64,000 nt of DNA from Balanoglossus misakiensis (GCA_040954595.2 CM082585.2:8387404-8451403), one strand, 5' to 3'. Shown: positions 39,160 to 55,147, counted from the stretch's first letter. A program made the numbers and translations. Notes: a model not told the origin generated them from the sequence alone.

Positions 39160-42100
39160 TATGGCTCTCAGTAAGTGCTGTCGAGTGGACCTCTCACAGC
39201 TCTGTGTGACTGTATTTCAGCTCCTAGACGTGTCCTTGCTTTCTCAATGCAGACAGTACTGTAGTGGGGGAGAGATAGATGGAAAGAAATATCATAAGCA
39301 AGGATGTTCTCATAATTGAGTCAGTTCCAGGGACCTCTAGTGTCTCCCCCTGCTCTTTCAAAGTTCAACCGTTCTTGATTCTACAACTGAGAAAAACTGC
39401 AAAAGTATATTCTGCATTCTGTGTTTACGCATTCACCAGTAAAGTTGAATTTTCTTGTTTGTATACATAGTGTGTTCTCTCATTCCTAGGGTTACATGTA
39501 CCATAAGCAAATAGACATTTACATGAAATCAGATACAGTGTACATGAAAATACACACCCATACGTAATAAATCCATAAGCTCGTTATTAAATTTTAATAT
39601 TGACTCGCGCATCCGGAGGTTGGCATAATCTTTGTTGGATAATTGATAAAGGGAGATGACAGAAACACAGCTGACACAAAAAAAGCAAGGTGGCTGAATT
39701 TATTAACTGCAGAACACGCATTGCTTTTGTTTTTTAAATACAGTGCAAGCTTCCCTTATGAACATTAATCAATGTTAACAATCAATTATCTCTAAGTTTT
39801 AATTATGAAATAATGGTTTACATATATGAATATTAATTAGCCTTGCATTGGACATTATTAATAAAATTTTGCAAAACTTTATCATTTTGAATAGATTTGA
39901 AGCACCGGTGATGTAACATGTCAAAAATAATTTATTATTACAGTATTTAGTACGCAAACTCGAAACTAGTACTGAGGCATAAATATAAATATTCACGAAA
40001 TCCAAATGACTAGCAAAAGCAATAACTTGACATAGTGAAGTGAGAACAAAACCTATCAGCTCGTTACTGACATACATGTAGCAATTTCCAGCCAAGCTGT
40101 GACCTAACTGGTCAGGATTAAACTCAATCTCCTGTCATGCATAATGGTCTTGTCAGTATATGCCTGTGGCTATTTTTATGACTGAATAAATTTAGAAAAT
40201 CCCAACAAGCCGATATGCTTTGGGCAGGGAGGGAAGGTCATCGAAAATGTACATTTCAGGTCACATGAGTGTACCATAATCGTCATGGCAGTAGCTGAAT
40301 ACACTGTTAGGACAAGCAGACTCTTGACTTTTACGACTATGTACATATCTTAAATTCAAGCCACGTTTCGTGAATCTCAAGCAGCCCTGAGTGTTGAATG
40401 TACAGGCAGAATTTGTGTACATGTACCAGCCAGCAGAGTCTGATTTTGTTTCATCACTATTCCCGGCCGAAATTCCAAATACAGGATAAAGGTCATCTAT
40501 TTTAGCATTTCGCATACTGCATTTACCCTCTGAACTGTCTAAGTATAAGTTTAAATGCATCTACATTGCCAAGGGGGTGTTATTTATTAAGTTGACAGTA
40601 CAGATGTAGCTACATGTATAGCGCATGCAGATCTGGCATTTTCAAATTACCAGTTTCTGCGAGTGAGCAAAGATCACTCGAGGCTTTAAGTACTTCTCTC
40701 AGAGTTAATTCACCAACTGGCATCAAAAATTGCCTTTTAGTCTGTCAGGTAACCGCAGCGTTTATGAATTTCAAAGGAAAATTCAGCTTCAGTAGACTGG
40801 AGTGCGAGGTTGGTACATGTACAAAGTACGTATTTTATACAATTACAGTACTGTCATGCCAGATGGTACACATGCGTGGCTGTATCTGTATAATATGCCA
40901 AGTCAGAATATTCCTTTGATGTGTTCATGTGTTCAATTGTTTTGGAGAGAACACTGACATTGTAATTTCTGTATATATTGATGAACGCATGATGTGGAAC
41001 TGTAGACTACCCAATACACATTGTATGTCTACCAATATAGCTACCCCTGAAAATGTTTATATTGAACTTACAACAATACAGGATATCTGATGCCCATGTA
41101 TGTATTCCAACATCACTTGATACTACAAAAGGTCTTGGTCTCTAATGGCAATACCGCTGAGAGAATCAAATAGTTCTAATTGGACCCGCAGGCGGCAGAG
41201 AGTACATTCTGTTACTTCTTCTAGTGGGCACTGATATTTGATACAAACAAATTGTGCAACAAAGACACTGTACAGCGGGGTTAAGATTGGCTAGATTTTG
41301 TTGTCCCTGATAAACTAGGCTTCCCTGGTTTTTTTTTGAGAGGGTGCAATACCACTTTACAGTTTACAGTTAACAGAGGTGACGCAGACTTATCTGGTCA
41401 TGTATTTAACTCTTTAAGTCATCGAGTAGACAGACAATCAGAAGGTTACGGTGCGGGGAAGTGGTTATCACTGAAGGGCAATTGATGGCACCAAGCTGTC
41501 GGCTTATACCAGAATTACAATCCAGACTGTGTCTGTCTGTCTGCATATTGCGGTTTTCAATATTTTACTGCAAACATGCTAACAACCCCTTTTTCGTCAT
41601 GGAAACACTTTGCTAGACGGTGTACGTCATTTATGTCCATTGCAGATATTTTTTTTCAAACAACTCATTCTTCATCGCCATAAGCTAAATTCAATAAGGT
41701 CAGTGTTGGCGGAGAATCATACATACGTACACAGGTATATTCCTCGTCAACTATCACTATGCCTTTGTGATGCTCGACAACGATACAAACGATAATCTTG
41801 CCTAATCTTAATTATCACAGCCGAGGACCACATGACATTCATCTGATGAAACTGATTACTGTGTGATTAAATGTGACACAGAGATGGAGTGGGCTGATAA
41901 TCTGTGGCAGTCATCTCCATTTTGCCTGCTTGCACGAATCATTAGCTTTTCATAGCATCGGTTTGCATAATACTGATGTCAGATAAGGCTAATCCGAGAT
42001 CCAACACCGCAAAATCTTTTTCTTACGATAATTTAGACGGATCTGACTGAATTATGAAAATGCAAGATACGTGTAATGTACACTAAGTTACAAGTCAACA

Positions 42101-45100
42101 TTGAGCAATACCATAGATAAGTGAACTTGAATAATCAGAAGATTAAAATTCTTCTTTGTTTTTCACTTGACTGTCATGACGCACGTCAATCGTTATTGCC
42201 TGTTCATATACGACTGATGTGAAATAGGCCTCATTAAAAGCTGACAATGTTTTGTAACATGTCGGAGAACATTCAGATAATAGGATGAACAATGCCTTGG
42301 GCGATCTAGCTATCAACTTGGAAAAACCAATCAAATTATCTTACAAGGTTGTGATTTCTCCTTGTTTTAAACTGCAACTTAGAGGTTTCACCTTACGAAT
42401 TGATGGATGAGACCTAACCTTACATGTACACTGCGAAGGCCCAATATGTTTCACTTCCCCCACACCTAAAGTTACAACAAACACTCATCATAGAGTCAGA
42501 TATGAGGGTCACTTCACTTGACTAAAGATTACGCACGAATTGGAAATTTGCATGAAATTACTCAGCTGTCACTATCAATTACATCCTAGCATGTAACAAC
42601 CACGCACAATAGAGTCATGAAATTTTAATTTCACATACGATGCTTTTGATAAATACAGATGATATCAAACACAATATTTGCAGTAATGATAGCAAACTGA
42701 AAACCTGATAGTTAGCAAGAAATATTACGTTCTCAAATCCAATTATGTTATATGAACCTTGACGAAAATGACAGGTTTATTTGTTGGTTATGATTGAATT
42801 TCTTGAAGGCATGGTATGTCTAGCATTATACGGACAAACTCGGTGACAAGTCACATCATCTATGTTTGCACTCTCTTACAGAACTGTCTAGCCATGTCGC
42901 ACCAATGTCAAACAAAGTGCCCACTCCCCCCTTGCTTGTCAATGCACGTTGCATCCGACAAATCAAATCATCGTTCACTGACAGCCCTTGACAGACAGAC
43001 TGTGTTCACATCATACTAGTAGTTACCACACAACATTTCTTTCTTATACAAATTCTCAAATTTATTCTCCGTAGCACTCGTACATTTCTTAGTGAAGCCA
43101 AACACGTACAGTGAATTAAAATTCCTCTCCAACAGCAGCTGAACACATCTGGTTCTGATGTGCATTAACTTCTTCCATCACAATCAGAAAATCATTAAAA
43201 CTCATCTGGTAGTCAAGTTAGGGTAAAATTTAATTTGGTGGTACAGTGTGTATGAAATGTGTAATATTCACAAATCTACAGTGATTCTAAGGTAAAAGAG
43301 GATAGATCTTCAGCCATGACTAATTACACCATGAAGGCAAAATAGCCAGTCATGTATGAAGAAATATACAGTGTATATATAAAAGTGAGCTTTCTCTTCT
43401 GACTGGTTCAAATGCCCATTACGACAGTAATTGTACGTTTGGTGCTGTGTCACCTGGGATAAAAGCTGGCACTTTTTATACAATATACAGCAGATCATCA
43501 GATCAGCCAGGGTGACCAAATCTCGACTGTTATATCAGGTTTGTGGCTGTTGACATAGAAAGTCTAATCACATATAATCTCGCTAAATGACTGGCTGTTT
43601 TGTTATTCACTCGGCGATATGGGTGACTGGATTTTCATAAAACCCCGCTGTATTTATGTGGTCCAGTGATGTGTAAACACACACAAAATACCACACTTTG
43701 AGACTTAATCACTTCAGCGTAATTTCAGACGCTGTGATCCCAAAATTACTGACTAGCTGGTGGCATCATGACGTCCAAAAGTGTAATTCTAGGGGCAGGG
43801 TCCACTTTCCAGAGAGTAACAAACAAGATAATTTTGTGAAATCTGGCAAGATCTACACATACAATGCACTAGTATAGCCAAGTCTTGAATCTGTCATTCT
43901 GGGCAGGCTTTGTGATCCAAAATCTTGGGTTCGCGCAAATCAATAAATCAACAATTTAGAGTCAGACAGTCCATGAGAATAGCAAGAAATACATGTTTCT
44001 GCATGCACTTCTTAAGTGTTCAGCTGTCCGCCGCCCAACATTTCACAGCGCATCCAGACAAACAATGACGTGGCAGACAGTAAGTTGCACATGTCCTACT
44101 TATCAAATGAGAAGTTACACTCCAGAAAACTGTCAAACTACACATGTTCCCCACACAAGAAACGAATCACCCTACAGGCTACATGCAATATGGAGATTAG
44201 GATATATGTATACTTTAAGAGACCCATGCTCAAGAATTTTTAAAATGAAATATTACAGTACCTGTATGCCTATAAAGTGCATCCCGTAGATTAATGGCAT
44301 CTTTTCGTATCCTGATATAGTGTTTTTGCGGAGATATCTGACACTACTTCCATTCATGCATGCACAAGCTCGTAAAATGTCTGCGACTACATCAATGTAA
44401 ATTAGACCTATTCTCCAGTGGAAAGTTCAGGCCGACTGACGAGGCAAATTTCATATCATAAATTTACGTTTACCGTTGCACGATCGTAGATCAACAAGTG
44501 TCATCTGGGATGCAGAAAATAGGTTGCGAGCGATGAAAAATGACTGGCAGAGGAGAGGACACAACTTTGCAAGCTGTGAATTCATCAAATCTATATACAT
44601 GTATAGAAAATCATTCTCAAATAATTGTACCCTGCGACCCTTTCCCTGTGCAGCTGTAATTTTTCCCTTTATGTTAAATATGTAATTATTGTGATTATAA
44701 CCTCATGTGCTCTCTCGTGCATTTTCTGCACTCATGGTGGTATGTATTTGAAATCATTGGGCTTACATGAGAAAGTCACTCTTACGTTCAGGGCTTTTCC
44801 AGTTTTTTGGGGGGGGTTTGTTTGTCGGAGTAGTGACTCCTGACAGAATCTACTGAGGGTAACGTCATCCACTTGAAATGGAGCACAATGCCTCGCAGTC
44901 GCAACGACAAATGTAAGAACAAGCCATTAATCTTCAAAATTTATCACAAATAATGCAGATATCTTTATCCACCGTCAAAGTCCCGACTTTTCTGGTTTCC
45001 CCTGTTGCCTTGGAGAAGGCTGCCGTGCACACGATACATTAAAACCAACAAAAGCCTTTCCTGGAAGTGATCTTTGATCCAGTCTTCATTCCGCATGATC

Positions 45101-48100
45101 CATCACCGCGATATTAGCACGTCAGCTCAAAATGCTCTACCCAACTGTGAGATAAATTGGTGCTTTGAACAGTTTCCATCTTTCATGTCGAGAGTGGATA
45201 TTAGTCTTCAGTGCATTTTTTTCCCGTCTGTCCTTCAATAGCCTGAATAGGTGGAAATCTATTTTTCTGTGATTTACAAGGATGGGGTACCTGCCACTTC
45301 CTGCTATTAAAGTGGGAAGCAGTAAATAAAAACTGTAAATTTTGTCGAGTTTACTCAGAACACATCAAAAGAAATAAAGGAAGTATAAACTCATTTTATA
45401 CTGTATGAGAACATGCTTTAAGAAAACGTATAAAAACAAAGATAGTGTCGTAAATCCATATGCACGATAGCAAAATATTACTTTTGAAAACAGTTAAAAA
45501 CTTACAATTTATTGGGGCTCTGGAACATAAACACCTAACAAGCGTCAGTCACCGCACACGACATATATATGAAATACCCCTTTCCCCCTTCTCCCCAAAG
45601 TTGGCACGGAGCAGACACGAGTCGGCGAACGTGATCTGGAAAAATAATCCAATTTGCTGGGATCTTGCCAAAGGTTGGCGGACATACAAAACTGCAGACG
45701 CTGGCACAGTTTGTCACCTCTGGGTATTATTTGAACACTGTCGTTACACGCAGCTGTGGCAATGCTCTTCAAAAATACAGCAACGACATTTAAGTATACA
45801 TGCCACCTTTCCCCGCAGCCAGTACCTGTATGCAGCACTCTGAATGTCATCAACTCAACTGTCTACTTTTTCTTCTGAAGCCATTTAACAACAATACAAA
45901 ACACTGCTTGCATCCTATGATTTGTTGACAGCTCAACGCTTACATACATTAAACGCTTTGAATTGAAATTCGAATAGATTTATTGATATAAAAGAGTAAA
46001 GAAATAATTATCTATTCACTTGGGTATACAAATATATAAATATGTTATGTTCATAAATGGTATAAAGGCATTTTTGGGGTCAGTATTTACTATAAAACAA
46101 TAGGACTGCACTTAGACAGCACAAAAAGCGTATAAAAACAATAAAAATACAATCTGCATTTTCTTTTCAAGAAATCAAATGTATGTCTAACAATACTTTA
46201 GATCAATGATGAGGCATTATTTTATAATTTCTTGGACCATGACAACGTCTTTTCAAATATTGAAATGAAAATAACTGAATGCCTTGACGATTTGTTTGAA
46301 TAATGTCAGAAAAATGAATTGCGCAGTGTCCCTTTTCATCTGTTTATAGTCAATATATCTCTTTATTAAGACAGTTACAGTCAATATCTCTTTATTTAGA
46401 TACAATCTGATTATTGAATATATATCATTAGATAAACAGTGTGTAACTACATCTGGGAGAGGCCTGCCATATTTACTGTTGGCATTTTGTGAATAGTTTC
46501 CAAGACAACAATATCATATTATAGGTATTTAATCAGTGCGTGCTGTTTTTCATGTTTGGGTAATAGCGAGTAGATATACATGACCTTTTTCACACTATTC
46601 AGATAAATTATGCAGTAATAGTTTGAGAAAAAGTAGAAAACAGAAATGTGCACTCTTGGGGCTTATATTCAGTGATACACTAAGGGCTTCTTGGTTTGTT
46701 ATTACAGTTTCATGTTGTTTTCTCTCGGCTGATCCTCGGAGACCTTTTACTGTAAAACAGGCAACAGGGAATTAATTAGTCGTTTTACCCCCAACAACAA
46801 GTATTAATGTTTTGAAACATGACTACAGCATCCTGCCGCAAACATACATGCATGAAAGAATTATTATTTGCGACTTCCTTTCCCAATATTTCGTCAACTT
46901 GTTATATTTTTCCTATTACAAAACTAATCATGGTGTGTTATATTTATTCTCTAATGGGCAAGAGTGGACTTAGAATGCAGATGCAGGGATTCAAGGCAAG
47001 GCCACACACACACACACACACAGAAAAAGACAGACAAACCAATCTTCCATAATTTGGAACTAGATTTAACAGTAGCACAAAGGACAAATCACCATCTATG
47101 CACATTCTTTGATTTTTTCCTCATAAAAAATTTATGAAGGTTGTTATGGCAACAAAGACAAATTGCCATTTCAAAATGCTAAATTGTAACACTGCCTAAA
47201 GACACAACATTCATCCGAAAGAAATTTTTAACATGATAAATCATATCAACATATTGTGTTATGCTGACAGGCAATGGTCAGTTGAGGCAATCAATTTTAT
47301 TTACCAAGGCTGCCTGACAATGTAGTTGTACTGGTTAACAATAACTGTAAACTGCTATCTGATTCATGAATATAACTGTTATTATGCCATTCACACTTCC
47401 CTTTTCTTTTAAGTTATACATGTATCCTTGAAAGAGGTCCACTTGCATTGAAGTGTCAATTGCCCATGTTACATAACACCTGGAATTTCATTAGCACTTC
47501 AACCAAAACACAGTGGGTGGGTGGGGGTGGGGGTCTACACACAAAAGTTACCTCTGATTGGTCACTTTTAGAGGCAGGCACACACCAGGTGCAGATGCCT
47601 AAGTATTAACCAATCAGACTATACAACATTACAATGTATGGCCATGTTCAGAAAAGTACCACCCAGTGATGTTATTGTTGATGTTTCAACACTCATACTG
47701 AATGTCATCATGGTTCCAAATGGAGCGTTGGTCACCCTCCCTCTATTGTTATAAGTGTGTGTGCGAGAGCTGACCTTTCCCTGATCCGAAACACACACAG
47801 CACTGCTGATGTAACGAACATTCATGACATACAACAAGGGAGTATTCATTCCGGGGCTCCTTGGACTATTTGCATGAGACCAAGAAGCCATTCACAGCCA
47901 TGGTACCCTCATGGTATATGTATTTGTTTTATCTTGATGGTAATACCTTGATAAGTGTAAGCTGTCATTGCTCACACATTGCCAGAAATATATTTGATTG
48001 TCGATTTCATAATCCAGGGCTGGTGTGTAGAAAGTGATCAGTGTGTTAAACCTCAAATTAACCTAAGAATAAATCAGCGTTTTGTGTGTACAATGGCTAT

Positions 48101-48599
48101 CCTTGAACTCAATGAGATCTGAGACGACTGTGTGCAAATAATGTGTGACTGATCGTAAGAGATTCCGGGCTGCGACTGGTTGAAACCTGAGTGAACACCG
48201 TACCCATGTAGTTTGTACATGTACTGCGAATTTTTTTTCGGGTTCACTAATTCCGCGACTTTGTCAACAAAGACAGCGGAAGTAGGGCCCGGGGATTTCA
48301 TGCGAATATTTCCTTGTTGAATATGCATTCGATCGCTTCATGCGCCACGAGTTTTTCGGGTGAAATTTCAAAACAAAACCGTCTCGCCCTGCGACATGCG
48401 AAACCGACATGCCGGTACGAATTCCGGGGCACCATAATATGGACCCGATCGTAAATTCTAGGGGTTAAAACTTTTTCAGAACCTCAACGACAGCCAAATC
48501 ATAAACAACTGTTGGTGGCATCGGTGTGTTACACTGTAGAATCAAATAAACGACGGATCAGAATTGTAGCAGAAGATTACAACAACATTGTCAACAGTA

Positions 48600-49100
48600 A
48601 ACCGCCGCTGCCACCCCGCCTCGATCGTCGTCTCACCACGTCTGAACTTACCCACCCATCACATATATGTTACGCCCTAGATTGTACATTTCATACTCAC
48701 CATTTGAAGTATGCACCAATAAACCAGTCAGTTCTTTCAGTATAAACTTAAAAAACGACGAAAAGATGCGAAAATGCCGAGTATTTTATAACTTCGACGA
48801 CCAAAGTGTGTCCACAGTATATAAGTAAACGGAGTTGAACAGTGACGTCATGTGTGGAAGTTTGCGCATGTACGGAAGTGGTTAAAGTAGGTCACTTTCT
48901 ACTTTCACAGGGTCGAAGGTCAATCGACCTTCATATATTTTGGTTATTTTCCACCTTTCCTATGTTCTGTGTAATTCGTGGGAACGTGTGTTGGTATCTA
49001 TTATTTTCATATCGTCTCGTCAGAATGTCAAAATCACGGTACGAGAAACGTGAACGTCTGAGCGAGAGGTTCAAAGGTTAAAAATAAAATTGCAGTGACT
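48600..49100. promoter_or_regulatory. Probable bidirectional CpG-rich promoter for CAB39 (-) and FMO (+)
   Basis: TGACGTCA 48843, TGCGCATG 48863 and CGGAAGTG 48873 are clustered. A minus-strand donor GG|GTAAGT at 48652/48651 could join the acceptor near 39260 upstream of the CAB39 ATG. Confidence 0.55.
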
Positions 49101-50299
49101 CAGTGCAGTCGTGTCAGTACCAAAGTTTCCACGTTTATTTCACGTGTTACTGACACATATTTCACAGGCGTGCCTGTGTCGAGATGCAGGAAATGGTAGG
49201 TTTATTTTCCATTTTAACTATGCATATACACGCGTCAAAATATGAACAGAGGGGACAAGATTCGACTAGACTTATGCAGTCCTGGTCACCACCAGTTCTC
49301 AGCTCACTGCACCTGTGCTGTGTGCACAGGTGCACGTAGTAATATTCTGGATAGTTTAATCACCTATGACCTAGGTCACTCCGCCAGTGTACATTTATAC
49401 CCAAGGTTAAGGTTGGGCCTCGGTATACCGGCCTCATACTACCCACTTACTTTAATACTACATGTATCTATCTACTATCGAGCTGCAAACTATCCCAGGC
49501 ACCGCCCCCTACCATTCATCCTTAGAGATCCTTGGAGGGCAAAGCACATCCATGGACCGGGGGGGGGGGGTCTCTGTACTGCAGTTCTGGGACATTTTGT
49601 AGTGCCACACAAGAGGACCATTGACTGTACCATTCTCTGGTGGTGATGGTCATAGTTAGGTTTCAGTGCGTGGCATCACCCGTGCTGATGAGGGATTTCC
49701 AATACTTGTGCATACCTGACATAATATTGAAACTCAGTCAAGTGTTTCTTGTAACGTCAGTGTTTACAGAGAACAAAACAAGGGAGCAAATTAAGTCCAC
49801 ATGGCCATCCTGGTTAAATTGACTAAGCCAATATATAAATAGACATCACAGACTAATTTCAGTACAGATGCAATGCAGCTGCAAGCCAGAATCACTGTGC
49901 TATAGCTTTTGTTGTGTCAGTGTCAATTCTAGAATCACTCCATTTGATCACAAAATTTCTACTTGCCAAGACTTGGATGTAGTGAAATGTCTGTTTTGTG
50001 GTTGAGGGCGCACTTCACACAATGGAATGCACAAGATGTTTGGCTCTGTCATTGATTGGCCAGATCATTTCATACATTGCAAAGATGGAACCTGATCAAG
50101 CAACAGAAAAGGTCCATAAGAAATGTTTTCTCATTCACAGCTACCATTTTACATTTCAGAGTGCAAGGGGCTGGCCAAGGTGGCACTTAATTTACATATC
50201 ATGCATAATAAGACAATTGTAAGATAACAGAACCTGCATCTGAGTGAGTGAATTCATCTTCACTGCCATTACATCAGCTGGTGTCCTCCCTCCGACAAG

Positions 50300-53200
50300 A
50301 TGGAATACTCATCCTCAATATTTCCATTTGTGAGTAAAAGCTTCTTAAGTATTAAAAGTTATCAAACTTTCACACTGCACTCCAGGACAGCACTTGGGAA
50401 CTACTGTGGGGTCTTGCATAACACACTGACACCACTGGTGGCGCTGTTCAATACCAGTTTGGTAGTGGCAGGTTACGTCAATGTACGTCAGCTGACTGTA
50501 CACACTATCAGAAACAATGAATGGACTGCTCAATGATCTAGAATGCTGCGTAATTTTCTCAAGATGGCATTAAACTAATTCTTGTTGCTTGTTTATCTCC
50601 AACTAACAAACATTTGTTTCCATTGACCAATCAGAAAGCAGCCAAGCAGGTGACGCGCACCCAGGCCTGTGTGATTGGTGCCGGGATCTCAGGACTTGTC
50701 GCTGCCAAGTGTTTCAAGGATGCAGACTTTGAAACCATAGTTCTGGAAAGAACGGATGAGATCGGAGGTCTGTGGACATTCCGTGAGAAAGTGCCATATG
50801 GTGTTATGAGATGCACTCACATGTAAGTCTGCTGGAAGCATTTGGTCGCAGTTATAAAGTTGGATAATAATTCTTGCCAAGGCCAAAAAACATAGGATCA
50901 TGCTAATAGTGAACTAGAATTAACACCTGTTCTTTGAATATGTTGTTAATAATAAAAAAAAAAAGCATATTGCAAATTTAGGTTCAGATGTTTTCTTCAG
51001 GAATAGTACTGTTAAAAAGAGATATTATGGAGTTCATAGATTCCACTTTGAAATGTGTTTTGTTTTCTGTTTCAGAAATGTATCCAAGCACAATTACTGC
51101 TTCTCCGATTTCCCATTTCCGGATGATGTTCCGGACTATCCGCACCATTCCCACATGGCCAAGTATATAGTGGACTACGCCCAACACTTTGGAGTCACAG
51201 AACTGATTCGATTCCAAACCGAAGTAAAAAAACTAGAAAAGAAAGGTCAGCAAAAAATCTTGTGTTCATTCCTAGTGGCCATACATGTATTTAGCAGAGG
51301 TTACCAAGAGCAGTGCACTTATTTATAGAACATACATCAATAAAATTTCTTATGGATGGCTTTTCTGTAGATGATGAGTGGCACATCACCACTGTCAGAG
51401 TGGAGGAGGATGGGAAAGGCGGCTACCTCAGAACTGACGAGGAACTGATCATTGCCAAGTATGTTGCCGTAGCAACTGGCCACCATGCCACGCCGAGCTG
51501 GGCGAAGTTCCCCGGGCAGGAGAGTTTCAAAGGTGAGTAGGAGTAGCGGTCATTGTGTGGTTTACAAAGGTGGTGCATAGTGGCAGGTTTGAATGGTAGA
51601 ATGACACAGGCCTTTACTTGATCTTTTGGTATACACAGTAGCCATCAACCTTCCACCCCTCCAGTGTATATGGTATCACCCCAACTTTTGAAACAGCAGG
51701 ATCGATAGACTCTCATTCAAGTGTTGTGTACCATTCCTCCCAACAGGTGAGATCATTCATGGTGTGGACTACAAGGATCCAGTGACCAACCGACTAGTTG
51801 GTAGTCGAGTGCTGGTGGTTGGCATTGGCAACAGTGCAGTGGATGTGGCCACAGACTGCGCGTCTGTTGGAAGGTGAGTTCTGGTCCAACAAGTCTTGCA
51901 TAACTTATGATGCAGTATGTACAAGAGCGTAAATACCCTTTCGTGGGTCATCAAAATAACATCAAGAAATAGTGATTCTTTTTCTTCACCACCATTCTAT
52001 ATACAGGTCAAATGGTAACATTGAAAACAATGGAATGAACCACCTTTTTTCAACGCTATGATTGTGAAGTTTGTCAATACTTACAATGTGTTCCTGTACT
52101 TAGTCCATTGAGGATCTGTTTCTATTATACTTTGAATGTATGTGTCCCACAGATGCAAAGAAGTTCATATAAGTACAAGATCTGGGGCCTGGATTGTGCC
52201 CAACTATATCTTTGGATTCCCAACTGACCACTACGCCTGCCGTGCCTTTCTGTGGTTGCCATGGCAGCTGGGCAACTATGTTTTAGAGAAAATTATCATG
52301 CTCATCAATGGAAATCCACACAGGTGTGTATGATTTGAAGTTTTTTTCGGGTGTGGCATCCATTTATTCAGCCTTTGCTTGCAAGAGTATACAACTATAA
52401 TTGTGGTATGCACATACATTGTATGCAGATAAGAATCTTCACAAATTCAAAATGGTGGATTTTCTGTTTTATTGTACATCTGATCAGATGGAAGCTGAAC
52501 CCCAAGATGAGGGCTCTGCAGACCCAACCCACTGTCAGTCCAACGTTAATCCATCATATTCAGCGAGGATACATCCAGATGCACTCAAACATCAACAAGA
52601 TGGACGGCAAGGTGGTGCATTTCGCTGACGGGTCATCGGCCGAGGTGGACCACGCAATCTTCTGTACGGGTTACAACATCAGTCTGCCATTTCTCAGCGA
52701 CGATGTCAAGGGAAAAGTAATGGAGGAGGGTGGCAATAAAATTAAGGTATTTTATCTCCATGAAATGATTTATCTGAACAAAACTACTGAATCTCTGTGT
52801 TTTTCCTATATTTGCTTGTAGATTGAGCTGGTCTTATTACTGTCCCAGTGTCTCTGTCAATCACAGTTGTGATAAATTGCAGGCCTTGTTGGAAACTTTT
52901 TCCCCCCATGTGATGTCATATCACATGGTCTATCACATGACTGTATTTTAGCCTATCACAAGCCAGCAAACGACTGAGCACATTTTGGATTTTCCTTGCA
53001 GCTGTACAAGAATGTCTTCTCCCCAGAGTTAGACCACACACTGTCCTTCATTGGATTTCTGCAACCAGCGTCAGGTGGTCTGCTGTCCATGTCAGAAACC
53101 CAAGCAAGGTGGCACGTGGAGCTTTGTAAAGGCAAGGGCAAGCTGCCCTCCAGATCGACCATGTTAGATGCAATGAAAGCAGATCAGGTGAGATACATTT

Positions 53201-53918
53201 TTGTAATCAGTGTGGTGGAACAGGAATTTTTTTTACATGATTATGGGGCATACTTTCTCAGGGCAAGTGCTGATTTTGATTTCTATCAAAAAGCCATGGA
53301 AAGTTGAAACCACTTGAAGAACTTCCAAATTTAAAGTGAGTTTATGCATGTAAGACCTATCACTGTATGTATATTAATATTGATATTTCAGGAGGCTTGT
53401 GATAAGCGTTACTACTCATCAGCACGCCACACCATACAGCGGGATCCAATTCTCTACTGTGATGAGATTGCGTCCTTCATCGGGGCCAAGCCGCAACTCT
53501 GGAGACATCCCACGCTTGCTTGGAAGTAAGTGAACCTCAGTCCAAGTGACTGTCTGCACCATGACGAGAACAGCATATGCATGCTTTCCATCTACAAATA
53601 AAATAGATATATATATGTACATACACAGTGCATTCTTGTTTGAGTTCAGACACCGACCCGTTTTGAGTTCAACTTTTCATCTGATTATGCACGTATCTCA
53701 CAAAAATCTGATAAAATCCCTACACTTGTCATTTTTTCAGGTTGCTTTTTGGAACATGTGGATCAGCACAGTATCGGCTGCAGGGCCCTCACAAATGGGC
53801 CAAAGCCTACCAGACTGTGGACAGCATACCAGTGACCAGCTTCATCCACTATTCAGCCATTATTCTCATTGTTGTAATGCTGGCCTTGGTTGTCAGTATT
53901 GTGTGTGCTGTATTGTGA
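50300..53918 (+). CDS. FMO: Flavin-containing monooxygenase (FMO), 10 coding exons, C-terminal membrane anchor
   Basis: Exons 50300-50329 (start tentative), 50635-50822, 51076-51245, 51371-51532, 51747-51873, 52153-52323, 52488-52746, 53002-53187, 53392-53525, 53741-53918. Motifs GAGISG, GGLW, FSDFPFP, FKGEIIHGVDYK (FxGxxxHxxxY), GIGNSA, FCTGY, YRLQGP. Confidence 0.93.
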
Positions 53919-55030
53919 AATCTCCATGAAATGGACAATTTTTGATACTTGATTGGCGGCACAGAATTTCATTTGATTTCATGCAAACAAATACTAGTAG
54001 ATTTTTACAATTTAAATGGGAACAAATTACATAGATATCCAAAGTAATTTTGTATTTTTGTTTTACTTTTTTCACTGTGTATGACTTCCATGATTTCCCC
54101 CATTTCTCTGTTGATTGGTGCAATCACACCATTGACAGTACCGCGGAAGTAAATAATGCCAGAAAGGCAAGGTGCTAACATATTCATACTCGAATAAGTA
54201 CATGTATATGCTTTTTCTTTGTACCTTATATCAATGCAAATTTCTGTGAAACAGTGGTATGTTTTTAAAGCAATAGATTTATCAGTAAAACTGTTTTCTT
54301 AAAATCTGTAATTTTACTGAAGTAGACAGTAGAAAGAAAGTATTAGTTGGGGAAGAATTTACATGGATAATTTTACAGTTGCTTGTAGAGACGTACTAAC
54401 ATTGAGATTTATATATGATTTTATGAAATAAACCAAATACATATAGTGATATCTCTATTGTCTGTTTGTAATGTGCGGAGGGTCATGGGAAATTGTATGG
54501 TTTCCACAAGTTGTAACTACATACAGCAAACCGTGACTGCAAGTGTTCTTTTCAAAACCATTCCTCACATAAAATTACAAAATCAGTACTTTTTCTATGA
54601 TTCACTTGTGTTTCAAAACTTTTTCTGTGTCATTGCACCCACTGCTCTGATGATATCTGCTTGGACTACTGCCAGAAATCCATGGAACTGCTTTTTATGA
54701 CTCACGCTATAAGAAAACAAGACACGTCACAAGATTTGCGTGGTGAAGAACAATTTTCTTAAATGAGTGACTAATTCTGAAGTCACTGCTACCAAACTTT
54801 AACATGACTCACCGGTGCAAAACACACCTGTAGGAATAATGGACTTGCCCTCTGGCCTTTAACCCGACAGTCTTACGTCATTGTATCAGTGTGCGCAGGC
54901 GTAGAGGAATGAGAACGAGGCTCCAAACGTGGCGGCGATAATACTGGCCGAGAATCCTGATTTTCCGAAGAGAAATTTTTGCGAGTTGGCATTGCAGAGC
55001 AACCGACGTGTTTAATTGGGACAGTTTTAA

Positions 55031-55147
<117 letters not shown>

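Noticed and set aside
47422-47431. Second GTATCCTT match
   Set aside because: No plus-strand exon upstream and no matching U12 branch site; it overlaps a TACATGTA copy.
39800-48300. Many 60-130-aa ORFs
   Set aside because: No motifs or consistent splice chain; compatible with random ORFs in intronic DNA.
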